Shown: one piece after another, positions 49,801 to 63,055 of the stretch
Layout of the letters: each line of letters starts with the position of its first letter
How positions within the stretch are numbered: position 1 is the stretch's first letter
NCBI RefSeq assembly: GCF_964355755.1
Contig: NC_092678.1
Span: 20,415,365 to 20,479,364 of the forward strand
Length of the DNA: 64,000 nucleotides
Direction of reading: 5' to 3'
Origin: Antedon mediterranea
Taxonomy: Eukaryota; Animalia; Echinodermata
Made by a program: the position numbers and the translations under genes
The notes under the pieces: generated by a model
Seen by the model: only the letters and a program-made list of their open reading frames with translations
Told to the model about the DNA's origin: nothing
The model's database searches: none

Positions 49801-50265
49801 ACAATATTGTACTCATAGAATATCTCCGATTTTTATCAAAAGAGAGTGTGTGGGTTCCCTCATATGGTATGGTATTAAAACATTTAATTAGGCCTAACAA
49901 TTGTATTTTTGGTTTTATGCTAATTTTCTTCACTTTGTTTATTATTATATACATTTAGAAAAACGGAACTCAGACCCGATAGACAGTAAACGAATGTTAA
50001 CATTACCGTAATGCCTAAACAGTATAGGCTTACAATTCTTTTATTATACAATCAAAAGAATCATAGTACCGTGGGCTTACTATAGTGTTTCATATCGCAA
50101 TTTTACAACCCCGCTGATTTCCTATTCAAATAAAATCAAGCTTATGTCAACATCCATTCTGTGTTATGTATATCATAGAGGTATCCTCTATGTGTATATC
50201 AAAAACAACGTTAAGCTTACCTTTTTGACGAGAAACCCTTCTTTTAACTTGGCGCGTTGTGTCAT
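40866..50265 (-). CDS. PLEK: Pleckstrin-family protein (PH-DEP-PH), pleckstrin/pleckstrin-2-like
   Basis: Exon 1 MTQRAKLKEGFLVKK|gt (50265-50221); GHVRTNWRTRWFVL (47893-47737); ~46533-46378; DEP exons (45055-44962, 44489-44312, GVALVDWL); second PH exons (43824-43642 KQGFLLKR, ~42937-42853, ~42143-42069, 41008-40866 ending ERESWIRAI...FK*). Confidence 0.88.
41820..41950. mobile_element. Fold-back MITE-like element (~50-bp arms)
   Basis: atagcgtgagtgatgcatga...gagagcaatagcgccacca / tggtggcgctattgctctc...tcatgcatcgctcacgctat. Confidence 0.75.
42200..42552 (+). repeat. Two ~160-bp direct repeats with tRNA A-box-like heads (SINE-related)
   Basis: gtggt(g/a)taatggttaggaaatctga...aaagatgagcggcgtatcaatttgatctctggtgcgcttgcgtacaattgagggacta... 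twice. Confidence 0.75.
42582..42654 (+). mobile_element. tRNA-derived SINE head or tRNA pseudogene
   Basis: gccccag/ttggggc acceptor stem, A box gtggtctaatagtta, B box ggttcgaatc; anticodon and T stems are mismatched. Confidence 0.65.
47285..47712. repeat. Degenerate (TCG/TCA)n trinucleotide tract in a pleckstrin intron
   Basis: Low-complexity tract with internal higher-order repeats, starting just after the exon-2 donor. Confidence 0.9.
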
Positions 50266-51200
50266 TTAGCCACCGACGATGTAGGACCTATTTTAAATCA
50301 GTAGCCCGTCCTTTAGAAAATCAACTCACCGGGTCTTGATCAGATTAAGTTATGCCTGGCACGGATATTGGTATTGCATTGTAATGGGAAGTTACTATAC
50401 TATTGATATCATTTTACGCTCTATTCGGTTCCTGGTTGTAACAACAATTATTATTGTCAGTATTAATCATAGGCTTATATTTCAAATGGAGGCGCTGTGT
50501 AGTGTACTGTTGTCACTTGCAGAAATTGAAAAAAAAATTGTCTTATAGTAGGCTATATTCTAATAAAACGTACAGTAACTACAAAAGTGCATTTATTTAT
50601 TTGTTTATTTATTTCATACGCATCCGATCACACACACACAAACTTGAAAATGGATATATATTTTATAATTGATCGTGCTTTATAGGTCTATAAACAAAGT
50701 CTATTTTGAGGCATAATTAGGACGTGGAGTTGAAAGAGTCATGAGTTATAACCCTGGCACTAGGTCAGGATTGAACCTTGGACCTTGGGATTGGAAGAAA
50801 AGCAGGTTAAGCTACAGGGGACCACTATATTATCTTTTTGTTCGTATCAAAACAATGAATAATGCCATAGTTCTAGCGTTTGTAGGGTTTTGTAAATGTT
50901 TTTAAGTCAGTATTTTATGGTACACAAAATGCGGTACCATCTAACGACGTTTATTGCCAATAAAAACCATAGAAAAAACTCTCTGTTCTAACAGTATAAT
51001 GCATTGACAAAGTATTAATTAGCATAAAATGTATACAAGTATTTAGATCACAGTGCATTTCCTGGTGAATTTTACCTTGATATTTCGCGTGTCTTACGGC
51101 GTTCTTTGTATAACGGCACCATGGGCGTGCCATAGATTGGTGGTGTTTGTAAATCTCCGTCACGCGATGGTTCTGAACGTGGGGGGGAGGCCTAGCTATG
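50266..51200. promoter_or_regulatory. Likely shared divergent promoter region between pleckstrin and ATP23
   Basis: Pleckstrin ATG at 50265 (minus); ATP23 putative non-coding first exon ends gaacac|gtaagt at ~51247 (plus). Confidence 0.45.
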
Positions 51201-51662
51201 GTTTAAAGTACGAATTTTCACGTATAGAAGATCAGCAATAAGAACACGTAAGTTTCTATTATATTATTTACCGTTCACACCGTTATTAAAAGCCCAACTT
51301 TATGCATTTTATAGCCTGGGTTAGGCTAGCCCAGCCATGCCTACATTCTAGGCTAGGCATAGTTTGTTTATACCTATTTCCACACGCGACACAGCGATAG
51401 CTGTATCATATAGTTATGTGATGTGCTCGAAGTCGTTTCGACCTACTATGAGTATCCATATTATGATTACGTGTTATTATCTTTGGGCCTAGATCTTAAC
51501 GAATTAGATGGCTAATTTATATATTGATAAACTATTCTATGCCTATATGATCGAAAATATTGATTTAAAAACATGATTAATTGTAAAGTTATCAATATAT
51601 AACATGTGTTACTTTATTTTTCAGAGATTATTACAAATTTAGTATCTGTAGGCTAAGTAAGG

Positions 51663-53841
51663 ATGGCAGCAAAGGAAAATGATTCACCCTCCCCTGCTTC
51701 TAAAAAAGGAAGTCTTGAACATAGATCTTGTCTTAGAAGATTAGAATTTGCTTGCAAAGAAAGTAAGTTTTGGAACATTTTAATTTGATTCATATCTAAT
51801 CTATATATTTGTGTTGTTTTCCTAATGAAATAACACAGTAAGAATTTCATTATTATCACAGTATATTAATTATAGTACTGACAGTAGGTACACTTAAAAT
51901 ACTGTAAATATCCATCCCATCATGCAGCATGCTACAGAAACATGCCTATAATATCCCATCATGCACCATGCTACAGCAGCACGCAAAGTCATGACACATT
52001 AACTTCAATAGCAAGTAACTTTTTTCTTTACATTTAACAAAAATGTTTTAAATTGTTTCAGGTCCTTTTGTAAAGTTCATGCTGAAATCTATGGAAGCAC
52101 ACGGATGGTAAGTACTGTAATTTACTTCACTGCAGTTACTGCAGTAACTATATTGCTGTAGATAACCTGTTTTAGTAATATGCAATTATGTAACTAACTT
52201 TTTTTTGTAAACATAAACTAAAAAATGTGGTTACTGCAGTAACTGCACAGTAGAATCATTTTGACATTATCCTCAAGTACTGTAAACAGTATAATGCACT
52301 TGTCACTATACGACCCCCGGGAGAGTTGCCTCATTTGTCCGATGTGCGTCATACCTTATAAATACAATGACGCACCCCTGTGTCAAAAGTGACTTACCTT
52401 TAGTTGACCATGACGCACCAATTTAGACGCATTGTGACTTGTTCATGGTATTGTGGTGGTACACACCATTGTTCATAGATGTGAAGTACTCTACCATAGG
52501 TTGGGTTTTTTGATGCAACCCTGCGTCAATAATTGTTTGTAAATGACGCACCTCTCCCGGAGTCGTATAGTGGGTCATACAATTTAAGTGCATAATGCTT
52601 ACCAAGTTGTACGAATGATTAATTTAATTTTTGTCTTTTCAGTCCTGTGAACATATCTCGGCACATTTCCTGCGAAAAATGCCCCGAGGACAGTATTATC
52701 AATGGCGGATTTGATCCTTCAAATGGACAGATTGTACTCTGCGAAAACAGGGCGCCATCACAGCGTGTTGTTAGCACATTACTCACTCACGAACTCATTC
52801 ACGCATTTGATTTCTGTCGTGCTCACGTAGAGTGGGACAACTTAAAGCATGTTGCCTGCACAGAGGTAAGTTTTTTTTAAATCTTTTGTGTAAAAAAATA
52901 TGCTTATACTGTATCTATATCACAGTATCACAGCCAAATTATGTGATACAGTATGTGTCACATGGGATGCCTGTATCATAAGCTTAACCCTAACAAGCAC
53001 TACATTTGGTGACACTATTACAGAATGTGCCTACTGTATATACTGGACTCATGATGGCATATGTGAAGATACAGTATATAGTACAGATAATCGGGTTGAT
53101 TTTTTTAAAGGCCATTTATTAATAGATTATTTCATTTGTGAATTTTCAGTTGTACTTGTTTTTGACCTTTAACCTCTGATCTATTTGCAGATTCGTGCTG
53201 CTAGTCTTAGTGGAGATTGTTCGTTTGTTAGCCAGAATGTCTATAGTCACAAATTTGGTTTCAAGAAACATCATCAGGTGCTTTTATAATTTTTAGATTT
53301 TAAAATACTGTAACTCAGTATCTCAAACAAATACTGTAATAGAGCGTCACATATGTATCACATGTGACACCTGTATCATAAGCTATTAAGCCTAAACCTA
53401 GTTTAACATACTACAGTCGCCATACTGTATGATGCATATGTGACACTTTATTTTAAAATCTGCCTATGATACTAGACAGATGTGGAGATAAAGAATTGTA
53501 TAGAATATTGTGTGACTATGAATTTTTTTATATAAATTTCTTTAAATATTTACATATATGTTGCAATTATTCATATTCGATAGGCTATACACAAACAATT
53601 CACAAACAAAAGGAAAACCATATGTGTGATTATCTTTCGTTTCTTTCTTTAGAATTGCGTTCGGGAACGTGCAATGAAATCGGTTATGTCGGTGCGGAAT
53701 ATATCTAAAGAAGACATTGACAAAGCGATGGACGACGTGTGGGATATATGCTTCAACGATTTTGAACCGTTTGACAAAATACCAAGAAACAAAGAAGAAG
53801 TTAAACGTATGTCACGTCAAAAATACAATTATGATTTATGA
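51663..53841 (+). CDS. ATP23: Mitochondrial inner membrane protease ATP23 homolog (peptidase M76)
   Basis: Exons approx 51663-51762, 52062-52107, 52643-52865, 53191-53277, 53653-53841. SPFVKFMLKSMEAHGC, GGFDP, IVLCEN, LTHELIHAFDFCR (HEXXH), HVACTEIRAASLSGDC, CVRERA, CFNDFEPF; AATAAA at ~53875. Confidence 0.95.
52304..52572. mobile_element. MITE with CACTA...TAGTG termini in an ATP23 intron
   Basis: cactatacgacccccgggagag / ctctcccggagtcgtatagtg inverted termini; internal tgacgcac repeats; TSD not clean. Confidence 0.65.
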
Positions 53842-56593
53842 CATATAGTTACTTAGAAATATTGTTAATTTATGAATAAATTCTGATTTATACAAAGAAT
53901 GTTTGTCGACAATTTGTGTTGTGTCTTGTTTTATATGTTAAACAGTTAAATTGAGAAGATTTCTATTGAATCCGTTTTTTTAAATTAAAGAATTGAAGAA
54001 AACATATTCAATATTGCAAGATTCTACTCATCCCATGCATAATGTATTTGAGGTGTTACGTAGCGGTAGATGTTAACGGTCCATCATCTCTTGTACAAAT
54101 AGGTTTCGTAATAATTGTTTTTGTTAGTTTTTCATTTATCTGTTTTTCTATATCTTAGAGCAAACAAAATTTCTATGTATATTTAATATGATTGATGATT
54201 GATTGAAATATATATTTATACTGGGTAACCTCTAAAGTCAAAGACTGGTCTCCCAGAGGGCCCAGTTATGATCAGTGGCTGTGATGTACTAATACACCGG
54301 GGTAACCCCCTACTCAACTCGAACTAGGTCTTTTAAAGTGCACACGAGCTAGATGTGTACACTGGTTTATAGTCTAGGACAAAAATCTGAAAAGATGCTT
54401 AGAAATCAAGTTAGGGGGAGCGGAATGTTAGAGGCTGTCAACATAGCCAGATATCCTAATTAAACCGTTCTGATCACTCTAAGCCCTGTTGACACTTAAT
54501 TTTTTGCCTCGTATTGAAATGGCGGCCATTTTTATATAAAATGTGGATAAAATCAGATCTAAATAAGGTAGATACACAATCTTGGTGTCTAAACACATGT
54601 ACTTCAGACACGGAATCCATTAGGCCTTGTTGACATTTCAGTTTTGGCCTCGTATTAAAATGGCAGCCATTTTGAAAAATGGCCACCAGTTTAAAAATAC
54701 AAAATCTGTAATCATTTGATTTAATTATATTTTTAATTGTGCTATGACATTCATTAAAGTAAATTTTCGATGCTGAAAACTTTTTTCTATGGACTACTTC
54801 AGTAAGTACTAAGTATATACAATTAAATTACACAAATGAAACGTTTTCTTTTTTACATAAATCATAAGTCTAACAGAATATACACAATATGCTAATTCTA
54901 AATAATTTTTGGAGTTTTACAAAAAAAAGTTTTTAATATTTCAATTATTAAAACTTATAAATTTGAAATCAATTATAATGTATTAATTAATATAATTAAT
55001 GTATGGTTATATGGTTTTTCCTTCATTATTCACCGACCATATATATATATACAGAATGTAGTAAGTACTACTACTAATAATACAATTATTATATAACACA
55101 ATATTTTGATTTAAGTAATGCAACTTCTGTAAGATGCGGTCTCCCCACTTTTGAATAAAAGGCGCAATTTTAAAAAATCAATTTGATATTGAAGTCGGTC
55201 TATTCACAAAATGTTGCGTAACACAACTTTGGGAGTTCTAATTGGTGGGGTTTAATCATGTGTGACAGTCCATAAAATTATCAATATATTTTTTTTGAAA
55301 ATATGGACAGTTATCTTAAACGCCACACACTACCATACTCATATTAATTCAATAAACATATTTTTTATGTTTTTAATATACTTCTACATTTCCAAGTGAT
55401 TTTTATTTCCTATATAGTTTTTATTTCTTACACTGTAGTATTTATAGGATTCTTTATTTTTACAATTTAACATTTCTGTTTTAACAAAACACTTCGATCA
55501 TAGGGAAAGACTAAACTGCAAATGACATAATAATACTACCTTAACATGGTCAATATATTAACAATAATAATACATTTGGACTTTTATGATCATACATAAA
55601 GCCTCTATGCGCTTCAAAATAATGCTGAATCTATTTATTGTATATTTTTAACCAGTGAATTACAGTAGTTCAGCACTGAGAGTGGCGTAACACTGAGGCC
55701 TGTGGTTTAGGGATTCTAGGTGGCCCTCCAACACTGGAGGACTTCGGTGTTTTTAGCCTTGTTCCCTCTCAGGGGCCCCCAAAGCTCCTGGGCTTAGTCG
55801 TTGTGCCACTAAACAATGACTAATACATACTGAAAGATACCATTACACATTATTACAGTAACTACACAGTACTTTAGTTAATTTTTATCTACACCAACTT
55901 ATTAATTCTTGCATACAACCAGGGTTAGATAATGCTAAATAATTTTTTTTTTATCAATCTGGCAAGTTTTCAATCATATTGATCAAGTATTACAGAAGAT
56001 GACATACTGTAAAGATCTATAAATGAACATAATTAAATAGTAATTTATTTTCTAGGAAAAGAATATGTTATAAACTAAATTACCCCTTAAATATCTTTTA
56101 GTTATTCTATTTGATCATTTTAATTTCTACAGTAAATCGATCAATTTTCTTTTCCTACACAAAATTTAATAAACAAATAATAATAACCCTTTTCCATATT
56201 GTGTTTTATTTTGTTAATACAACTTAAATATAAATGTCTTTAAAATTAAAGTATACATAAATAAAGACATTATTATTAGTAATTAATTGTTAGTAAACAA
56301 TTACAATCATGTTTTAAAATTTATATCCCCGGTTTTTTTGTTTTCAATTGTCAATTTTTAATGTTTGCAGCAAATTAAACATAACTGTACTTTAATAGTA
56401 ATTATGCAATTATTTGATATTTAATAATTTTATTATACCTTTGCTTGTTTATATTTACAAGGCGCGTTTTTATTTGCTTTCTGGATGTGTCTAAACATTT
56501 TAAAAAATAAATAAATAAAATATAATTTTTGCTAGTGAATGAAAACTTCTTGAGTCAGAGGATCGTTCAACCGTTTCGATATTTGCAGGACTT

Positions 56594-59500
56594 CTATTGG
56601 ATGCAATCGATCACATGAATCTGCAGTGTGTCTATATCTGGAAACAAGTTTTGGCAAACAGGACACTTGAATTCTTGCGCCTGTCAAAGAAAAACAAAAA
56701 TGGCTGTTCAAATGTTTTCCTAACAATCCTGGTTATCATTAACATTTTCATAAATTGATTTTATCTTATCTTTCTGAAGTTATGATTCTTAGACACCATA
56801 ATTACAAACTTTCGCAAAGTACTGTAGAGTACTGTACCTTTTCTATATAACTTATTTCTATTTCATTTACTAATGTTGCCCAAAAGCTCTGCTAATTTTT
56901 CTGGCTGTTTTGCCTTATCGTTTTGATTTTGCTTTTATTTTGTATCTCCATTGAGATCCAGCCACTGATACCAACAGCATTGTCATTTTTTCCAGTAATT
57001 TGCCTTTATTATTATTATTTCTATAATAGGCGGTTGTATTTTCTTGACAAATACATGCATTTTTATGTTAAATAGCAGCTCTTACAACCTGTGAAAAGTG
57101 GTGTTGTGTCTAATCACCCTTGCAAAAATGTTCTATAGAACATTTTATAGAGCTCTTTGCTATTCTATAGAACATTTCTATAGAAATATATTTCAATTTC
57201 TATAGAAATTATTGTGTCTATAGAATGTCTTTTTTCTTTTCTATAGAAAATCTAATTGTATTGAATTTCTATAGAACCAGTGGTTGGGTACTTCTTATGT
57301 ACTGATAAACAGAGTGGTTGTTTTACCAGTGGTCGGGTAAATCTTATGTTATGATATTAAGATGGTTGTTTTACCAGTGGTTGGGCTGTTCCCATGTGGT
57401 AATTACCACCAACAGGGTGTGGATAATAGTCTTCCTGTCTTCCATAAGTCTGACCAGAAGCAGGTGCGATTGTATGCTGGGGGTAACCATGCGCGGTTTG
57501 CACTCCTCCATATTTACGCTGTAGATCCTCTAAGGCTTGCATATTAGCCGGACTTTGGTCTTCCGTCAACTGTTCCATTTCTCTCTCTTTCATTTTAATA
57601 ACTTCCAAAAGATTTTCTCTTTCGCTGTGTGCTGTCTCTCTGGCTTGTCGCTCGGCTTCAAAATCGGCCTTGTACACCTCTGCCTTTAAAACAAATAACA
57701 AGAATTAGTAGAGAATTGGTAGAAAAACTGGAAACAGTAACATTTAATTAACCCAACATTTTCATAACAACCTCGCCTTGACCAAACTTAAGCTCTGTCT
57801 ACACTATCAAACTTTATGACAAAAAAAATTCAATGTGGCCATACTGTATGGAAAAGATGATGTCATATCACTACCATATTTGGGGCATATTACTACCATA
57901 TTTGGGCAAATCACTACCATATTTGAGCCAATTTTTTTGGTTTGATAGTATAGACAGAGCTTTACAGTACGTCCTCCCGCCATATATTTAATTTATTTAC
58001 CTGGGCAGCCAATGCAGAACACTTGTCTTCTAATTGGTTTTTCATTCCTTGCAACTCTTTGATGTGAGTGTCTTTCCTCTCGTGGGCTTCTTGGCTTTGC
58101 ACCAACCTTATTGTTATGTCGTTTAATGCCTACACAAATAATAAAAATAATTTGGGGTTAAAATAAACAAAGTAATTGCCTACATAAATAACAACACACA
58201 TTTGGGATAATATAAACAAATTAATTGCATTTGTTGTCGTTAGCTAGGTGTGGTTAATTTTACGCCTAGTTTCCTACAAGTTTGTCCTCAAAGACAGGCA
58301 AGAATTATCACCAAATGACTTTTGGTATAAGATGTTTTTGAAATGGCTACCTCCTGACATAAATGTTGTGAAGACCAACTCGTAAAAGAGCTTCTAAAAA
58401 TTATTTTACTGCAGTTACTGCAGTAACTGTTTCCTCTCTAATTATTTAGCAATCCTTTTTTTTAGTATATATATTGTATTGTTAATTGCAGTTATTAAAA
58501 TTGCCTCATACAGGTACATTACTGCAGTAAAAATACCTAGTTACTGCAGTAATAAGTGTTCAGATTATTTGAATGTTTAAGTACTAAACGTATATGCCAG
58601 TAAAAAAAATCTTAATACCTGCTCGTCAACTGCATTCTGTTTTACATCTTGATATAATTCTTGAAATTCTTGGCATTTACTTAGAAGGTTGTTTCTTTCA
58701 TCGCTAAAATAATATTTACACATTTAATATTAATTTACATCTAAAGCTTTATCTACATCAAACGTTATGTTAAAAAAAAATTATGTGATGTGCTCATATA
58801 TGGACATATTTGGGCACATCACACTTTTTTGTCAAACTAGTTTGATAGCGTAGACAGAGCTCAAGGTACAGTACTAATGAAGAAGTATGGTGAAACACTG
58901 GACACTATTCTGATAAAAAATGTTCTTTTTTTTTCCTAATAGAAAATCTGGTTTTTGACAAGTTTTCATTTGATATGGTAGGATATTCTGGGTGAGTTTT
59001 TTCTTTATTACAAACTGTTACTTCCACATAGTATAGAAATATCTCATTAGCTGCAAACATATTGGTATAAAATTGGCTTATATTTGCCTACAAGTGCAAG
59101 TTCTCTTTTTAAACACAGCCAGCCAATTATTAGTACTGACGGCCAACTTCAATTAACAAAAAAACCATGTCTACTTACATAACCAAGTATAGGTCTTTTT
59201 CGAGACGTTTAACTTCGTTATTAAGACGCTTAACTTCATTGTTAAGACGATCAATGATAGCTGTGTCTTGCATACTTTGGTTGTAATGTTCACTATCTAA
59301 AACAGAATTCTTCATCTCCAGACTTTTAATTCTGTGTTTCAATTACAAAAATCATTTTATTTTTAAATTCAATGCGACAAACTTGGTTTAATACAGCAAT
59401 ATAACTCATCTTTACTACTAGTAGTTGACTCTCCTTATACAGGACTCTGAAAAATGGAAACTCTCCCAAAACCAAAAAGTCCCAAATTCTTGTTTACCGT

Positions 59501-62500
59501 TGCAACCACATTTGGAATACTAGACTACAGTATGGAAAACCAGACATATACAAGCCAAAGAGTGTCTGGTATAAGGAAAGTCTTCTTTAGACATACAGTC
59601 CAATTCCTGTAACTGCCTTCTTTCTTCCCTGACAACAGTGCATTGATACCTGACTCATTATCCCTATGACACACCCATGACCTCCCCATGACCTCACTGA
59701 CAAAGAAAGAATACAATCAATGTCAGAAGACGCTGATAAAAGGTCAGAGTTTGAAGATAAATGCCCAGAAAGATGAGGAAACACATCTTGTGATGGGCGA
59801 GCCTTAAAAAAGAGATTTAAAAAGATATCTAGTGCATACCTTTCATTTTTCTTCTCCACCTGTTTGTTAGCGTTGGCTACTTGAGCATTCATTTCTGAGA
59901 GTTCCCTCATTAGATGCATCACCTGTCCTCTTAAGGCACGCATGTTCTCTCCAGTACTTTGATATCGTGGTTCCTATATTATGAGAAATAGACCCTGGAT
60001 TACCACACAATTCTTAGTTGTATACTGAATAAAGAGGTATAGGTACCTCAACATACAGTATAGCCATAACATCGGCACAGGTTCAAGACTTTCCTTAAAG
60101 TAATACTGACCTTAGCCTCTTCTAGTTCTCTAGAAAGGTTGTCTAGTTTCTTATTCAGTTCTTCCACAGTTAGCTCATGTTCTCTTTCTCTCTTGGTCAT
60201 TTCTTTGTCAAGATTACTGCTTTTGTATTCCAGTCTACTTTGATTTCTAATCATTTCCATCTCAAGATCGTGGCATTTCTTGGATTCGTTTCTCAGTTTT
60301 TCCTGTAGACTAGAACATTTTTCTCTTTCCGTTTTGAAGAGCATCATCAAATTCTGTACTGTTTCATCATTTGATTCCTTCTTGTAACTCTTAACACCAG
60401 TACTTGGAGCACTGCCAACCAAGACTTCTGTAGACTGAGTTAAAGTTTTAGATGATGGCGGTGACTTCACAGTTACTTCTGGTATGTTTGCAGATTGTTG
60501 CTGGTGAGAAGTCTGACTCTTCACCAGTTCATCCTTATCCATCTGAACTTTGTCATAGTTTGCACGGAGTCTTTCAAACTCTTTTGACTTCTCTTCCTGG
60601 ATGTGTTGATACCTAAGAACAGAAGCCTTCAGAGCATCGATCTCTGTCTGGTTCTTTGAATGCATATTTTTCATGCTTGCAAGATCTTCTGTCAACTGAG
60701 TATTCAGCGATGTCATTTTGCCGAGTTCATTTTTCATCGATGCAACATTGTCTAGGGAGCTTTCTGGCAATGCACTTTCTGATGTTCCATTTGATGTTTC
60801 TGTTGATTCTGAGATCTGCAATAGCAAAGTAAAATAGTAATACTTGTAGTACAAATAATAAATAAATAAATAATTGTAAATGTCCAATTAAAATAAATCA
60901 TTTTTATTTCTTTCGACGAGTTAACATTCAACTACGACCCATGCCGCATTAAAGAATAATTAATTTAAATGAGTTTTGTCCTACCATGTTTGGAGAATGT
61001 TGAGCTAATTTCATTTCCGATAACTGTTTGGCTATCAAGTCGATCTGTTCATCTTTACATTTTAACTGTTCGCTCATCTCCGCAACCAATGCGTTTAACT
61101 TGGTCATTTCTTCGTCAGTTGTGCTTGTTTCTTTTCTCTCCTTCTGTGTTCCGACCTCTTCAACAGTTTCTGTATTGCTTGTGTCTAGCTTATCTGTCTC
61201 TATTTCGTCTTTGATTTGTAATGAGATATGCTCAAGGACTTTTTTATATTTTGGATCTTTTTCCTAAAAAAATGTTTGATAGTTCAAATTATTTGCCCTA
61301 AAGGAAATTCATGTTAACATACAATTGTTCGAAATTAGTTAAAGGTTATTAACACAGAAACAAACTGTATATGACTATGTTTTACTATTAGCATCCACCT
61401 ACAGTTAAGAGGTTTCATAGGAAGGGAACATAGTTCTGGTGAATAACATTCTAAAATAGAATTCAACCAATCAATGAATTATAAACAATATTTTGAATTT
61501 TCTTTATTTGGTGGTTAAGATGCTTAGCTACCGATCACAGGGTCATGGGTTCAAATTCTGTCAGATGACAGGATTTTTTCTCATGACAACAACTCCACTC
61601 GAACCACAGACTTGCCACTTTAAGGAAGGCAGTGAAATAACTCACAAATCGCAAGCTTTCCTTGGCAATCTGCCAAAAATGAGAATTTTTTTTAAACGAA
61701 AATAATTTAAGATCTAAAACTAGTCAAGGACATACTTGAGTTTTATAAAAGATTGTTGAAATTTAATGTTACGTTTGAACAAAAAAAAAATTAATTGTGG
61801 TTGTCATTTAATAATCTGTACAGGAGGTGACTACATCCGTTTGTAACTCTTTAAATATTGCGCAAGAATTCAATGGCGTGTTTTTGTATATTAAACCATA
61901 CTTGTTGGTCCTTGAGGCATAATTAATTGGCAGAACACCAGCATACAGGTAGTTACTGCAGTAACATGACATGGATCTGCCAACCAATTATTTGTGATTT
62001 TTTGTTACGAATAATTTAATAATACTTTTTTATATTTTTAATGTTTTTTATGCGTGCATTATGTATTTTTATACCGCTTTGTATAGCATTATAGTACTTT
62101 TATATTTGAATTTCTTAGTTTGGATTGTCAGGCAAGCTGGCTATAATAATTGAGTTTACTTTTGACGTCCATAGCCGACGACGAAATTCTTTTCTTATCT
62201 TGTATGTTATTGTATATTGTTATGGCTTAATAAATGAATGAAAAAAAAAAACCATTCATTTCAAAGGCCTAACTTAAGCTCAGGGTCAAACGGGTTGTTT
62301 TCATTTTCTTGTTATTTAAAACAATTTTGTAAAAATGAAAATGAATACACAGAAATCTTCCATTTTTCAATACATAAGTATTATTAATTAATTAAAAAAT
62401 ATATACCCTTTCAATAATTTGCCCGAGTTGTTCCAAGATTGATTCAATACGTTGTTTATAGCTGTCATTTTCTTTTCTTAAATTCAGAATCATCTCCTTT

Positions 62501-63055
62501 GCTTGTTTGAACTTTGCGTCAAACACTTCTACATTTTTTTCCTGATTAATTCTCATCACCTTTGTTTCTTCTATTCGTTTAATGAGACACAGATTTAGTT
62601 TCTGTAGTTGTTCTAAAAAATAAAAGCGTTTTCATTTAAATACATTATTTTTGTTTTAAAGCCAACTACATCTACTAGTCATTCTCTTTTCTAACAGTTC
62701 CTACGATTAGAGAATGTCCTTGTCATTCTCTTTTCTTATCTGATTAGATGAGATTTTGTTCCCTTCTCTAATCATTTCCAATGATTGGATGAGATTTTGT
62801 TTGTGTGTGTCATCGTCATGGAGAGTTCGTCATAGGGATTTTCTTACCTTTAAGATTGGCATTTTCTTCTCTCAACATTTCCCATGATTGGATCAGATTC
62901 TGTTCATCTATATTCGTGTGATGGTTCTCAGATAAGTGCTCTTCATTGATATCACCCACTAGTGGCTCCTTAGAGTAATTCAAAACAACAAAATCATTTG
63001 GAATGCTGGACAAATTTGCCTCAAACATCTGTTGATTTTCACCATCGTTATCCAT
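56594..63055 (-). CDS. NEMO (IKBKG)/optineurin-family coiled-coil ubiquitin-binding protein
   Basis: First coding exon 63055-62848; many coiled-coil exons; UBAN motif AEVYKADFEAERQARE (~57684); last exon 56680-56594 encodes CPVCQNLFPDIDTLQIHVIDCIQ*, the NEMO/OPTN CCHC zinc finger. Confidence 0.9.
57791..57961. mobile_element. MITE family 1 copy (PIF/Harbinger-type, TTA target duplication)
   Basis: TTA|agctctgtctacactatcaaac...gtttgatagtatagacagagct|TTA. Other copies at ~24240-24341, 36058-36174, 43472-43585, 44510-44628, 46680-46823, 49340-49462, 58745-58861. Confidence 0.82.
61510..61680 (+). mobile_element. Degenerate tRNA-derived SINE
   Basis: gtggttaagatgc (A box) ... gggttcaaattc (B box) followed by a unique body. 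A reverse-strand tRNA-like head also lies at ~50752-50825. Confidence 0.5.
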
